Shown here: positions 20,311 through 30,768 of the stretch, piece by piece
Layout of the letters: each line of letters opens with the position of its first letter
Numbering within the stretch: position 1 is the stretch's first letter
Origin: Patescibacteria group bacterium
Lineage (GTDB): Bacteria > Patescibacteriota > Patescibacteriia > Magasanikbacterales > JBBTQS01
Reading direction: 5' to 3'
Assembly: GCA_038065555.1 (NCBI GenBank)
Contig: JBBTQS010000001.1
Coordinates: 363,751-427,750, forward strand
Length of the DNA: 64,000 bases
Notes under the pieces: model-generated
Seen by the model: only the letters and a program-made list of their open reading frames with translations
The model's database searches: none
What the model was told of the DNA's origin: nothing
Made by a program: the position numbers and the translations under genes

Positions 20311-21573
20311 CTAGAGTTGACTCGTATCACGTCGCACGAGTGCTCCTGTGATCCACGCTGCAGTCACACGCACACGATTCCACCATCCTGAGAGCTGTTG
20401 CAAAAATACAATGCGACGAATGATCCACAAGAATCGACCAGAATACGTGCGATTGCCTATCTCACCTACAGCAAACCAATCACCAATTGGCATGATGTAC
20501 CCACGCTGCGTAAACGCAACAGATTCCATCGGAGATTGCTTGCGTCCCAGCACGCGCAAGAGATTGCGTGCAACAATAGGTGCAAGTGTTGCTGCTGCCT
20601 GCGCTGTTTGTGGAACAAATGGAACACCGTCCTCCTTGCCGTCTAGCGCCGCAGCATCACCCAACACAAATACATTTGAATGCCCTGGCAGGTGTAGTTG
20701 TGGTGTAATGCGAACCTGGCCTGCTGCTGTGAGGAATGTGTCAGCCAGCTTGCCCTTCATCACCGATTGCACGCCACTGCTCCAAATAGGAGTCTGCGTG
20801 AGAATGCGCTCGCCCGTTGTGAGCGTGACACTATCCTCATCAATAGCAGCTGCTCCGGTGTCGAGAAGGACTCGCACACCCAATTGTTGTAGTCGCCGAA
20901 GTGCTATAGCAGATGTTGCTTCACCAAATTGTGGCAACAATCGCGGTCCACGCTGTACCACAGTGATTCCAATTTCTTCGAGTCGAATCGATCCATATAA
21001 TCCACACAACTCATGCTGTGTGAGATCAGCGATCTGCCCTGCGAGCTCCACGCCAGTTGGGCCGCCACCAATAATGACGAATTGCAATTGTGCACGCCGC
21101 GCAGTAACACGCGTCTCTGTCGACGCCTTCTCGAATTGCTCGAGTAATCGATTGCGTAGCCGCACCGCATCGGTAAGTGTCTTGAGTGGGAATGCGTTTT
21201 TCTCTGCTCCAGGAACACCGAACCACTGCACTTTTGAGCCCAATGCTACAACGAGTACATCATACGAGAGCGTACGCTCTTCGCCATGCGCTGCATAGCT
21301 CACCTTCTTTTTTGCTGGATCCACAGCCGTCACTTCTGCTTGCAAGAAGGTATCTGAGGCGCACGAGCTCATAATTTCGCGCAGCGGCTGCACAATATGC
21401 GAGCGCTCGACGCTTCCTGTTGCCACCTCGTGCAACATCGGCGTGAAGGTGAAGAAATTGTTGCGATCAATAACAGTAATGCGCATCGCGGTATCATGTC
21501 GAGCATGATGCAACGCGCGATACACACCCACACCAGCAAATCCGCCACCAAGAATTACAATATGTTTTGCCAT
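20311..21573 (-). CDS. ndh: Type II NADH dehydrogenase (NDH-2) / FAD-dependent pyridine nucleotide-disulfide oxidoreductase
   Basis: MAKHIVILGGGFAGV (FAD GxGxxG) and a second dinucleotide fold (QFVIIGGGPTGVELAG). Trimmed to the ATG at 21573. Confidence 0.8.
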   Translation of the reverse strand: MAKHIVILGGGFAGVGVYRALHHARHDTAMRITVIDRNNFFTFTPMLHEVATGSVERSHIVQPLREIMSSCASDTFLQAEVTAVDPAKKKVSYAAHGEERTLSYDVLVVALGSKVQWFGVPGAEKNAFPLKTLTDAVRLRNRLLEQFEKASTETRVTARRAQLQFVIIGGGPTGVELAGQIADLTQHELCGLYGSIRLEEIGITVVQRGPRLLPQFGEATSAIALRRLQQLGVRVLLDTGAAAIDEDSVTLTTGERILTQTPIWSSGVQSVMKGKLADTFLTAAGQVRITPQLHLPGHSNVFVLGDAAALDGKEDGVPFVPQTAQAAATLAPIVARNLLRVLGRKQSPMESVAFTQRGYIMPIGDWFAVGEIGNRTYSGRFLWIIRRIVFLQQLSGWWNRVRVTAAWITGALVRRDTSQL

Positions 21574-21577
21574 AAGA

Positions 21578-22747
21578 CTACAAGCTGCGAGCAATACCAG
21601 CAATGGTCAACACCGCTGCAATGGCAAATACAAGTACGACAAGTGACACACTCCACGAACCAAATCGATGATACATACGCGCCCCACCACGCGAGTGCAA
21701 CGCACGCACATACGCAATACAAATAAGCACCGCATTCATGCTCCCAAATACCGCACCAGCCACACTCATCGCAAGGATGAAGTCACGCACTCCAACGCCA
21801 ATAATCGCAATAGGAATGCCAACAGTACACGCGACAGCAATCACCTTGCGATAATGCAAATCCCACTCCAGTGCGCGGCGCATCGCATACGCCATGGTGC
21901 ACAAGGCGCCCAACATAGCCGTAAGCGCAAACAAATTACCAAAAATATGCGCGATTGGCCCAAGATATAATCCAATGCCATGCGTAGCAACCGCGGGAGT
22001 TGCCGCACCCATCACACACACCATGGTCCATGCAAAAATCAAATAGAGCACGATGGAAATACTCGAAGCCCACAGGACAGACTTGCGCAAAATGCGCGGA
22101 TGACGTGGCACAATCTCTTCGGCCGTTGCAATGGACGAGAGTCCCATGAATGCAAAGAGAATCACGCCGTATGGCATGAAGAAATTACGCCACGACGCCT
22201 GCAGAACTGGCGTGTAATTAATATGCGGAACGCTGAGCAAGAGCAACAGGAAAATCGCGAGGAAAATCAATGTCACGAACACACCATCGAGGCGTGCCAG
22301 GACTCGCGCCCCGCGCACCACCACAAACGTCATGAGCAACCACGCAATCCCCATCCACAGTTGTGGCGAGCTGTACGGAATTACCTGATGAAAAAGAAGA
22401 TCTGCAGTCGTACCAATACCAAGCAAGTACGCAACCATGGCACATACACCTGTGGCCGCCATACTCCAACCCACAAGTCTTCCTGCAGAAGGTCCAACGT
22501 ACCGTCCAACTAATCCACCAATCTGCATTGGCTCTGGAGTGATGAGAACAAGCTCACACACCATGAGATGGAGCACCAACACAATGAGTCCCAACCCGAG
22601 GACATAGAGCAGGCCCGTCGTGAGACCAACTGCCGCGACAACGTATGGAATACCAAGGACACCAGCGCCGATAATAGCGCCAAGAATCACCATGGTACTT
22701 GCAAAAAATCGATGTGGTGGAGTTGAAGGGGCTGAAGGCACACGCAA
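21578..22747 (-). CDS. Amino-acid permease (aromatic amino acid / APC-like transporter)
   Basis: Polytopic, about 11 TM segments. ILGAIIGAGVLGIPY is typical of Trp/Tyr-permease-like transporters. The start is uncertain (MVILGA at about 22693 is an alternative). Confidence 0.65.
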   Translation of the reverse strand: MRVPSAPSTPPHRFFASTMVILGAIIGAGVLGIPYVVAAVGLTTGLLYVLGLGLIVLVLHLMVCELVLITPEPMQIGGLVGRYVGPSAGRLVGWSMAATGVCAMVAYLLGIGTTADLLFHQVIPYSSPQLWMGIAWLLMTFVVVRGARVLARLDGVFVTLIFLAIFLLLLLSVPHINYTPVLQASWRNFFMPYGVILFAFMGLSSIATAEEIVPRHPRILRKSVLWASSISIVLYLIFAWTMVCVMGAATPAVATHGIGLYLGPIAHIFGNLFALTAMLGALCTMAYAMRRALEWDLHYRKVIAVACTVGIPIAIIGVGVRDFILAMSVAGAVFGSMNAVLICIAYVRALHSRGGARMYHRFGSWSVSLVVLVFAIAAVLTIAGIARSL

Positions 22748-22753
22748 ACAAGG

Positions 22754-25297
22754 TTACACACCAATGAGAGATCCTTTGAAATCGCGATAGTAGAACTTGG
22801 AGTACTTATCGAGGCGACCGTTGATCGTAGACTTCGTCGAATAACTTGGTTTCTTGTCCACCTTCACTACAAACTTGTCCTGGAATCCATTGTCTGCAAA
22901 ACCATTGGAACCAAATGGATACAAATCGCCACTTTCTACATACCAACGAACGCCATTTGCCTCCACAACAACACCGTCTGGAACCACGCTGAACTCGCCA
23001 TACTCGCTACTGTTCACCGTGTACGCTGAGAAAAACGCATCTGGGAGATCGACTACGCGGCTGGCCCAATTCTTGCCGAAGTGTTTGATCGCTGCTGCCT
23101 CGCTCTTGAGCGGACGCAGCACACCACCTGGCGTTACAACATATACGCGTGGGATCGTAGGTGACTTCACCAAGTACGTTCCAGGGCGAACGAGCATTGG
23201 CATGCCCAATGGAATCTGCGACATCGTGTCCATTGAGACAACTTTTACGTTGTAGAAATTCGCAAACCAGGAATCGTACACCTTGAACATTGGAAATGCG
23301 TGACGCTTGCCATCAGATCCAAAGTAATAGACTGTCTGATCATGCGTTGTCTCCTTGTTGCTGTCATCTGGGAGCTTGATGAGATCTCCTGCGGACAACC
23401 CAGTGACATTGAGAATTGGATAGACCGAATTTGGATATCCAATGGTAATCACGTCGCTCACATAACTAGACTCAACAAGTGATGATGAGCGGAACTGCAC
23501 GTACACTGATCGCTGACCAGATCCACCAACAATGTTCCAAGCCACTGCTGTCTTGTATGGAATCCAGTTGGAGCCCTCCATAGAAGAATTGTTGCTAATG
23601 CGCATTTCTGCTGCATTGGTTGCCTTGATGGCGAGTGTCACAAGAGTACTGGTGGTGAAGTCATTGCCTTTATCAATCACTACACTCATTGACGATGGCT
23701 CCTTGGCAGCAGAGTCGAAAAGAATCGTGTCACATTCGGTTGTAGAAGTCTTCACCGAGTTACGAAATCGAACACACACCGTCTTTGTCCCCTTGCCTGA
23801 AGTGAGAGTCCATGTTTTGCTCGACGAGTAATCAATCCAGGTTGCGCTGCTGAGGTTGCTGCTGTTGGCAATTTGCATTTGCGTGGCGTTGCCTGCGTAC
23901 AAATCCAACGTAACAGACTGTGTCTTCGTGTAATTTGCCTGATTGTTGATGCGAACAGACGGATACGAAATATCACCTGGCGTCTGCGGTGTCGGTTCTG
24001 GTGTCTGCTGTTTTGGTTGCTCGGTTACTGGTGGGGTTGTTGTTACTGGCGCTGGTGTCGTCACCACAAGTGGCAACCCGATAAGTACTGGATACCGATC
24101 TGTGCTATTAGCAGAGATTGTACCAGCAACTACTCCATTTCCTGCGGAATCTTTGAGTACGCTATTAGGAGAGATTACAAACTTGAGCCTTGTACCAGCA
24201 TTCCCCGCTGACGCAGATTCTGCAAATCGAATGATCGCACGTGCGCCAAAGTTATCTGAAAAATTCGTGATGGACAAATAATTACCGCTTTGCTCCTCCA
24301 TCACACGGAAGATCACGAGCGCTTGGGACAATGTGAGTGTGCCGATGCCAACGTTCTCCGTAAAGGTAATCTCAGCCTGATCGTATGTACCATTGAGATT
24401 CGTGTCAGAAAGCACTGCAGATTTGACGCGTGGCACTGCGAGATCTTGAATCGCAGCGTCCGTGAACCCAGATGCGCTCACACCTTGCGCACTGCGCACG
24501 CTGCTGCCACTTCGCAATGAGAGTATTGGCTCTACACCATGACTGGTTGCGCTGTTGCCAGTCCCCTCATACCCATCTACCTCCAATGTCACATCACTTC
24601 CACTCACACCAACAACACGATTCAATCGAAGGCCAGTCCACGTTCCTGCATTCAATGTCCAATCAGACAAAACCTGAGCAGTTGTCGTACTAAGCGTCGT
24701 GTTGAATGTAACAATAATGCGATCTACCGAACCATCCCCTGCCGCAGGAACCATGTCGTACATTTTGATACCCACTACTCGAGGACCTGCTACTACCGTT
24801 TGTGTTGTTCCTGCCAGCACCAATGATCGAGAAACAATCACTCCAGTGCTTGCAGTCTTTGGCTGTACGAGAAGATGTGGTTGCTCTGTGGTTGGCGATC
24901 CAGTGTATCGAAGTGAGAGCCCGCTCACGGTGAGCAAACCACCTTCTCCACACGTAGGAAGACTGGTTGGCTCAAATGCAAAACCATCAGCATTCACTGT
25001 GACTGCACGAGTCGAAGCATCGCCACCAGACCAACTACCTGTGAACGTAAATGTTGCTTGACCAACAAATGATAATCCAGGAATCTGGTTACTCACACTG
25101 AGCTTGAAGCCTGATGCGATTTCATTTGCAGCCACGCACTGAATCGTGAGATCTCCGTACGAAACTGGCGACGATCCCACAGTCAATGAACCCGAATTCA
25201 CGCTCGTGGTTCTCACTGCAGCATCAGCTGGTGCTATCAAGAAGAGTGAGAACGCAACCGCACCAAGAAGTGAACCAACTGATGTGCGTTTGAACAT
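22754..25297 (-). CDS. Large secreted/cell-surface protein with two tandem ~85-aa repeats (hypothetical)
   Basis: Signal peptide (MFKRTSVGSLLGAVAFSLFLIAPADA), 847 aa, Thr/Ser-rich. Internal repeat units (...VTLDLYAGNATQMQIANSSNLSSATWIDY...KTVCVRFRN and ...VTLAIKATNAAEMRISNNSSMEGSNWIPY...RSVYVQFRS) plus a Pro/Thr linker. Confidence 0.65.
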   Translation of the reverse strand: MFKRTSVGSLLGAVAFSLFLIAPADAAVRTTSVNSGSLTVGSSPVSYGDLTIQCVAANEIASGFKLSVSNQIPGLSFVGQATFTFTGSWSGGDASTRAVTVNADGFAFEPTSLPTCGEGGLLTVSGLSLRYTGSPTTEQPHLLVQPKTASTGVIVSRSLVLAGTTQTVVAGPRVVGIKMYDMVPAAGDGSVDRIIVTFNTTLSTTTAQVLSDWTLNAGTWTGLRLNRVVGVSGSDVTLEVDGYEGTGNSATSHGVEPILSLRSGSSVRSAQGVSASGFTDAAIQDLAVPRVKSAVLSDTNLNGTYDQAEITFTENVGIGTLTLSQALVIFRVMEEQSGNYLSITNFSDNFGARAIIRFAESASAGNAGTRLKFVISPNSVLKDSAGNGVVAGTISANSTDRYPVLIGLPLVVTTPAPVTTTPPVTEQPKQQTPEPTPQTPGDISYPSVRINNQANYTKTQSVTLDLYAGNATQMQIANSSNLSSATWIDYSSSKTWTLTSGKGTKTVCVRFRNSVKTSTTECDTILFDSAAKEPSSMSVVIDKGNDFTTSTLVTLAIKATNAAEMRISNNSSMEGSNWIPYKTAVAWNIVGGSGQRSVYVQFRSSSLVESSYVSDVITIGYPNSVYPILNVTGLSAGDLIKLPDDSNKETTHDQTVYYFGSDGKRHAFPMFKVYDSWFANFYNVKVVSMDTMSQIPLGMPMLVRPGTYLVKSPTIPRVYVVTPGGVLRPLKSEAAAIKHFGKNWASRVVDLPDAFFSAYTVNSSEYGEFSVVPDGVVVEANGVRWYVESGDLYPFGSNGFADNGFQDKFVVKVDKKPSYSTKSTINGRLDKYSKFYYRDFKGSLIGV

Positions 25298-25333
25298 ACG
25301 AATTCGGGTTAGGTGCTATGGATTGGAAGTGTA

Positions 25334-26692
25334 CTAGTAGTTGAGACAGCGCGTAGCAGGAGACGATGTTCCTGCTGGGAACTGCAACGCCTTCGAAGAG
25401 ACAAATGACGAGAGAGTGCGCGTTGGTGAAATACAGAGCACATCATTCACAGATGCGTCCAACACGTCATACGTGACATAGAAGTCCTTCGTGCCAACCA
25501 ATTGGATAGGCGAAGTGAATGGCGAGCCAACCGTCAGCGTGTACAATCCGAGCTTGTCATCCATTCTCCATGTCTTGGCATTCAGCACTTTTTGGTACAC
25601 GAGATTGAAAGAACTAATGCTATCTTTGTAGATCTTGAGCTCACGATCACCCTGTGGGGCAAACGACGCATTCAAGTTCATTGGCAGACCCTTGAGATTT
25701 ACGACTGTTGACGAACTGCTATTGCTCACACGAAGAATTGCAATAGTCTTGTCATCCCCCATGTTCGCTGAGCCAGCTGGAGATGCGCTGCTCCAGACCA
25801 TGTTCACAGTAACAAGAGATTCTGCTGCGCTTTTCACCACTACCGCAGGCGATGGCACCTTGTTCCCTAGGTCCTTACCATCCACAATTACTTTCACGGT
25901 CTTACCAGCGTTGTCCACTACCTTGAGATCTGTCGCAAGTACGTACGGCGTGAAGGAACACCCTTCGAGAAGCTGCACGAGCTGCTGATTCGTCACTGCA
26001 GCCGATGCCATGAGTACGAGAGAGGACGACTTCCCTGCTTGCAATGTGTGTGTTCCTGTGAAATCCCACCAAACACCGTTTTGCTCTTTTGCAGTTGGGA
26101 GCTTGTTGCCAAACTGCACACCACCAGTCTCTGTCATTGCCATGAGTGAGAAGCTAACAAGCCCACAGGCATTTACTGTTGCAGGATTTTTTTCTGCCAA
26201 CTTAAGAGCAGCTCCATTGACTTTCTTTGCTTCTACGCGAATACCAATGCGCTTCAAGGTAATCGGCTGTTGGCCATAGTTGTTCAACCCAAATGCTGCA
26301 ACACGGTAGCCTCCGTTGGTTGCAACGACAAATGGCGTCTTCGAGAGATCAACAGGACCTCCGGCCATGTTCGACATGGTGAGGGCTGCTACTGGAATTC
26401 CGGATAGATCACGAGATGGCGTGGTCGTTGCTACTGTGCTTGTAGCATAACCACCTCGAGCGTTGCCATATGCCGCACGTACGTCACCATACGCTGCACG
26501 AGAATTCATGGGACGAAACTGTGCAAGATCGCGAACATTTCGTTCGCTCGAAACGCCTGCAGCTGCTGCTGCAACGCCGACAAGGGCCAAGAAGCCGACA
26601 AGCGTGCCTGCTCCCATGCGGCGCATGGAGTGTTCAGGAGTGTGCTTGTGTGCATGATTTCTCATACGTGAGTTGGGATGGTGAGATCGCAT
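25334..26692 (-). CDS. Secreted hypothetical protein
   Basis: 452-aa ORF. A hydrophobic signal-like segment (GAGTLVGFLALVGVAAAAAG) follows internal Met candidates (MRRMGAG), so the true start is probably about 20-25 codons inside the ORF. Confidence 0.55.
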   Translation of the reverse strand: MRSHHPNSRMRNHAHKHTPEHSMRRMGAGTLVGFLALVGVAAAAAGVSSERNVRDLAQFRPMNSRAAYGDVRAAYGNARGGYATSTVATTTPSRDLSGIPVAALTMSNMAGGPVDLSKTPFVVATNGGYRVAAFGLNNYGQQPITLKRIGIRVEAKKVNGAALKLAEKNPATVNACGLVSFSLMAMTETGGVQFGNKLPTAKEQNGVWWDFTGTHTLQAGKSSSLVLMASAAVTNQQLVQLLEGCSFTPYVLATDLKVVDNAGKTVKVIVDGKDLGNKVPSPAVVVKSAAESLVTVNMVWSSASPAGSANMGDDKTIAILRVSNSSSSTVVNLKGLPMNLNASFAPQGDRELKIYKDSISSFNLVYQKVLNAKTWRMDDKLGLYTLTVGSPFTSPIQLVGTKDFYVTYDVLDASVNDVLCISPTRTLSSFVSSKALQFPAGTSSPATRCLNY

Positions 26693-26719
26693 AAAAAGAA
26701 CGCGAGTGAATAATTGAGA

Positions 26720-27490
26720 CTAGAGAACACTGTCGAGAATCTGTTTGATCTGACTTGCTGGAAGCGCGCCAGAGAACGGAATCTTTTGGCCATCTGGAGT
26801 GAGCACGATCGTGTGCGGCGTACCCTGTACACCAGCGGCATCACCCGATGCTGCGTCTTCTGTAACCATTGCAGCCTTCGAACCACTGTCGAGACACTTG
26901 TTGAATGCCGCAACATTCACACCTACGTGCTGTGCGATCTTCGGCAATTCTGCCAAATCAAGACCATTATTAGCAGGAGTTACTTCAAAAACGCGATCGA
27001 TATACTTCCAGAACGCTGTGCTTCCACCGAGCTCTCCAGCACATTCTGCAGCCTCAGCTTCTTTTGGAGCCTTTGGGTGAATTGATGTGAGTGGATAGTG
27101 GCGATAGACCCACAATACGTTGTCCGCGTACTTCTTGTCTGCAAACACTTCACGCAATGAATTGTGGAACTGTTTGCAAAATGGGCACTCAAGATCTGAG
27201 TACTCAATCAATGTAATCTTCGCATTTTTGTTACCACGGACATAATCTCCGTCAGTAACAGGCGCTACGGTGATTTCTGCTGCTGGCTGTGTGCCAGGAT
27301 CAACCACAGATGGCGCTGCTGCGTGTTGTGCACCAGCATTGGAACTTGCTCCAACGCCACGCGTAAGTACTACTGCGAGCAAGATGAAAAAGCCAATCGT
27401 ACAAAGAACGAGAAAACCACCAACGAAGCCAAGCATGGCGCTTCGTTTGTCGAGACCCATCGGATTCTCCGGCATAAAAAAGGAAAACAT
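26720..27490 (-). CDS. DsbA-like thiol:disulfide oxidoreductase (membrane-anchored)
   Basis: N-terminal TM anchor and a thioredoxin-fold CPFC active site (YSDLECPFCKQFH). Confidence 0.8.
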   Translation of the reverse strand: MFSFFMPENPMGLDKRSAMLGFVGGFLVLCTIGFFILLAVVLTRGVGASSNAGAQHAAAPSVVDPGTQPAAEITVAPVTDGDYVRGNKNAKITLIEYSDLECPFCKQFHNSLREVFADKKYADNVLWVYRHYPLTSIHPKAPKEAEAAECAGELGGSTAFWKYIDRVFEVTPANNGLDLAELPKIAQHVGVNVAAFNKCLDSGSKAAMVTEDAASGDAAGVQGTPHTIVLTPDGQKIPFSGALPASQIKQILDSVL

Positions 27491-27545
27491 TAATGACGGG
27501 TACAGTATACAATACCAAGGGGGTAAGTTCCTAATGGGTTGTGGA

Positions 27546-28802
27546 TTACTCCTGACGAAGTGCTTCGATCGGACTCAAATTCGCGGCACGGCGAGCTGGA
27601 TACAAGCCGAATACCAATCCAATCACTGCCGAAAATCCTACGGCGATAAAAATAGAAGAAATTGAGACAGAATACACCCACGCAAGTCCGAACGACGTTG
27701 CTGCTGCGTAGATTCCATACGCCAACACCGCGCCTCCTGCTACACCAAGCAACCCACCGCCGACAGTAACAAGTACTGCCTCAGCAAGAAATTGAAAGAG
27801 AATGGTGCGTCGCGGAGCGCCGAGCGCCTTGCGCAGTCCGATTTCGAACGTGCGTTCAGCTACGGTCACATACATAATGTTCATAATACCCACACCACCT
27901 ACCACGAGCGAGATGCCAATGAGCGCCATCAGCAAAATCGTGATTCCACCTGTTACGGTCGTGAGGATTGAGGCTGCTTCGGCCGTAGTATTCACAGTAA
28001 AATCATCACGCGATGGATCTTCGATCGAGTGATTCTCACGCAAGAGTGATTGCAAGTCTTCCTTGGTTGTTGCAGCGTCATCTGCATCCTTCATTCGCGC
28101 AATAATCATCATGAAATAGTCAGTACCAAGCAACTTCTTTTGCATGGTTCGTGTAGGAATGATAATGACATCATCCATATCAATGAAGAACGCCGCACCA
28201 CGAGGCGCCGTAACACCAATCACACGAAACGGCTTGCCACGAATGGAAATAAGCGCGCCCACCGCATCCTGATCACCAAAAAGCTTTTCTTTTGCAGTAG
28301 AACCGAGCACGGCGACTTCTTGGATAGACAACTCTTCTTCACGTGTGAAAAATCGACCTTCGGTGAACTCGAGTCGATCAATATCCACCGAGCTATACCC
28401 GTAACCACTGAGCATTACTTTCTTGAGTTGTCCTTGATAACTCACGGCTTCTTGGCCATTCACGAGTCCGTAGGCCGCGAGAATATTCGGGTGCTTGCGC
28501 ACCGTCTCGAGATCTCGATCTTTGAGTGTTGTAATGACGATTCCAGATGCCTGTCCCCCGCCATTATCTGTCCCATTGGCACTTGTGCTCGGAATACGCG
28601 TCTCGATACTGAGCGTGTCACTCCCAAAGACGTCGAGCTGCCCCAACACCATACGCTCCAATCCCGCACCTGCGGCAAAAATAGTCACAACAGCACCAAC
28701 ACCAATACTCATCGCAAGCATCGTGAGAATACTTCGCGTGCGTTGGCGACGCAGAGAGTCGAATGCCTGGCGAATCAATGCAGTCCACAATCCATTATTC
28801 AT
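27546..28802 (-). CDS. ABC transporter permease (FtsX/MacB-like), copy 2
   Basis: N-terminal TM segment, a large periplasmic domain, and a C-terminal FtsX four-helix region. Paralogous to the upstream permease. Confidence 0.8.
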   Translation of the reverse strand: MNNGLWTALIRQAFDSLRRQRTRSILTMLAMSIGVGAVVTIFAAGAGLERMVLGQLDVFGSDTLSIETRIPSTSANGTDNGGGQASGIVITTLKDRDLETVRKHPNILAAYGLVNGQEAVSYQGQLKKVMLSGYGYSSVDIDRLEFTEGRFFTREEELSIQEVAVLGSTAKEKLFGDQDAVGALISIRGKPFRVIGVTAPRGAAFFIDMDDVIIIPTRTMQKKLLGTDYFMMIIARMKDADDAATTKEDLQSLLRENHSIEDPSRDDFTVNTTAEAASILTTVTGGITILLMALIGISLVVGGVGIMNIMYVTVAERTFEIGLRKALGAPRRTILFQFLAEAVLVTVGGGLLGVAGGAVLAYGIYAAATSFGLAWVYSVSISSIFIAVGFSAVIGLVFGLYPARRAANLSPIEALRQE

Positions 28803-30033
28803 ATCGGAGTGCTTCAATAGGATTGAGTTTGCTCGCGCGTCGCGCTGGAATGATGCCGAAGATCAGTCCGATCGCAATCGAAACCACACACCCGAGCACA
28901 ATAGACCCTGGTGTAATCACCGTGTCCCAAGAATATCCGAGATAGCGTGCAACAAATCCTACAGAAGCCGAGATAATCGCGCCTCCGATGATACCAATAA
29001 TACCACCCGTGAGTGTGATACACGCTGTCTCAACAAGGAACTGGAACGTAATCGTTCGCGACGTTGCACCAATCGCCTTACGCAATCCAATTTCTCTCGT
29101 ACGCTCCTGCACTGCAGCCAACATGATATTCATAATTCCAATTCCTCCGACGATCAGTGAGATTGCTGCGATGGCCGCAAGGAAAAATCGCAATGCATCA
29201 GTAATCGACGTGAGTGCATCCAGCGCCTGCGTCGTCGCACGCACCGAGAAATCATCCTCTTCAGGATCATCAATCCCATGGCGATCTCGCAAAATTGCCT
29301 CAATCTCGCCAATGGACGACTCCACTGTCTCTGCATCCCGGATCTTGATGCGCATGAAGTTGATATGATTCATGCCTAACAACAATTTTTGCGCAGTGGT
29401 CACCGGAACAAAAATTTGGTTATCCTGATTCTGGAACGTTACCGTTCCTCGCTCCTCTACCACGCCAATAATCTCAAAATTAGTTCGCTTGATCTTCAGT
29501 GTCTCACCGATAGGATCCTCATCAGGAAACAACTCCTTCGCCACTTCTGATCCCAACACGACCACACGCGCCATTGCGCGCTCCTCATCTTCTGTGAAAT
29601 AGCGCCCACGTTCAATCGTCACGTCCTCGACATTTGTATACGACGCAGACGTTCCCACAAATGAGGTGTCCTTCTCCACATCCCCAATACTCACCCGATC
29701 AATCCCCTTCACGTAGGATGACACAGCCTCAATAGGCTCATACCCCGAAGTTGCAATCGCGCGTGCGTCAGCATCAGTGAGCGTCGTGATCACAATGCCA
29801 AATGCTGATGCTGGTGGACCATCTTCCTCAGATTTGCCAGGCAACACGCCGACGAGATTACTCCCCATTCCTGTGATTTGATCCAGAATGAGACTCTGCG
29901 CACCTGCACCAACAGACATGATGACGATTACTGACAAGACGCCAATAATGATACCCATCATCGTGAGGAAGGACCGCATTTTGTTGCGGGTCAACATCTG
30001 CCACACATTCTTGACGTACTCAAGAATTGGCAT
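28795..30033 (-). CDS. ABC transporter permease (FtsX/MacB-like), copy 1
   Basis: Same architecture as copy 2 (MPILEYVKNVWQMLTRNKMRSFLTMMGIIIGVLSV...). Start trimmed to the ATG at 30033. Confidence 0.8.
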   Translation of the reverse strand: MPILEYVKNVWQMLTRNKMRSFLTMMGIIIGVLSVIVIMSVGAGAQSLILDQITGMGSNLVGVLPGKSEEDGPPASAFGIVITTLTDADARAIATSGYEPIEAVSSYVKGIDRVSIGDVEKDTSFVGTSASYTNVEDVTIERGRYFTEDEERAMARVVVLGSEVAKELFPDEDPIGETLKIKRTNFEIIGVVEERGTVTFQNQDNQIFVPVTTAQKLLLGMNHINFMRIKIRDAETVESSIGEIEAILRDRHGIDDPEEDDFSVRATTQALDALTSITDALRFFLAAIAAISLIVGGIGIMNIMLAAVQERTREIGLRKAIGATSRTITFQFLVETACITLTGGIIGIIGGAIISASVGFVARYLGYSWDTVITPGSIVLGCVVSIAIGLIFGIIPARRASKLNPIEALRYE

Positions 30034-30034
30034 A

Positions 30035-30763
30035 TTATTTCTTGAGCTCAGACGTCGCGTGCGCAATGATACGATTCTTCACCTGTTCATCATTGGTGAT
30101 AACGCCATCGCGAATGGTGAGGATGCGCTTCGCGTGCTCCGCAGTATGACGTTCGTGGGTCACGAGAATGATGGTGTGACCTGATGCGTTGAGATCTTGG
30201 ACGATTTTCATCACTTGCAGACCCGAGCGAGAATCGAGGTTACCTGTTGGCTCGTCAGCGAAGATCACTTCTGGATTATTAATGAGCGCTCGAGCGATTG
30301 CCACACGCTGCTTCTCACCACCAGAGAGTTTGCTCGGCGTGTTACCCAATCGATGGGACAAACCTACAGAGTCGAGCATTGCTGCAGCACGACGCTCACG
30401 ATCCTTGGCGCTCACGTTGGCGTAGAGCAGTGGCATCGCCACATTCTCAAGCGCGGTTGCACGTGGCAACAGATTAAATGCCTGGAACACGAAGCCAACC
30501 TTGCGATTGCGCATGGCTGCAAGCTGATCTTCTTCTAATTTGCTCACATCATCACCTTCGAAGAGATACTGACCGGAGCTCGGCGTATCGAGAAATCCGA
30601 GAATGTGCATGAGTGTGGACTTGCCCGACCCCGACGGTCCCATGATCGACACAAAATCGCCTTTTTGGATCGTGAAATTCACACCATGCAACACCGGCGT
30701 CTCAACCTCTTCATTTACATATACTTTTGCGAGGTCTCGTACTTCGATGAGCGGATGTTGCAT
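30035..30763 (-). CDS. ABC transporter ATP-binding protein (MacB/LolD-like)
   Basis: Walker A (GPSGSGKST), ABC signature ([15 protein letters not shown]), Walker B ([11 protein letters not shown]). Confidence 0.93.
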   Translation of the reverse strand: MQHPLIEVRDLAKVYVNEEVETPVLHGVNFTIQKGDFVSIMGPSGSGKSTLMHILGFLDTPSSGQYLFEGDDVSKLEEDQLAAMRNRKVGFVFQAFNLLPRATALENVAMPLLYANVSAKDRERRAAAMLDSVGLSHRLGNTPSKLSGGEKQRVAIARALINNPEVIFADEPTGNLDSRSGLQVMKIVQDLNASGHTIILVTHERHTAEHAKRILTIRDGVITNDEQVKNRIIAHATSELKK

Positions 30764-30768
30764 AGAGA

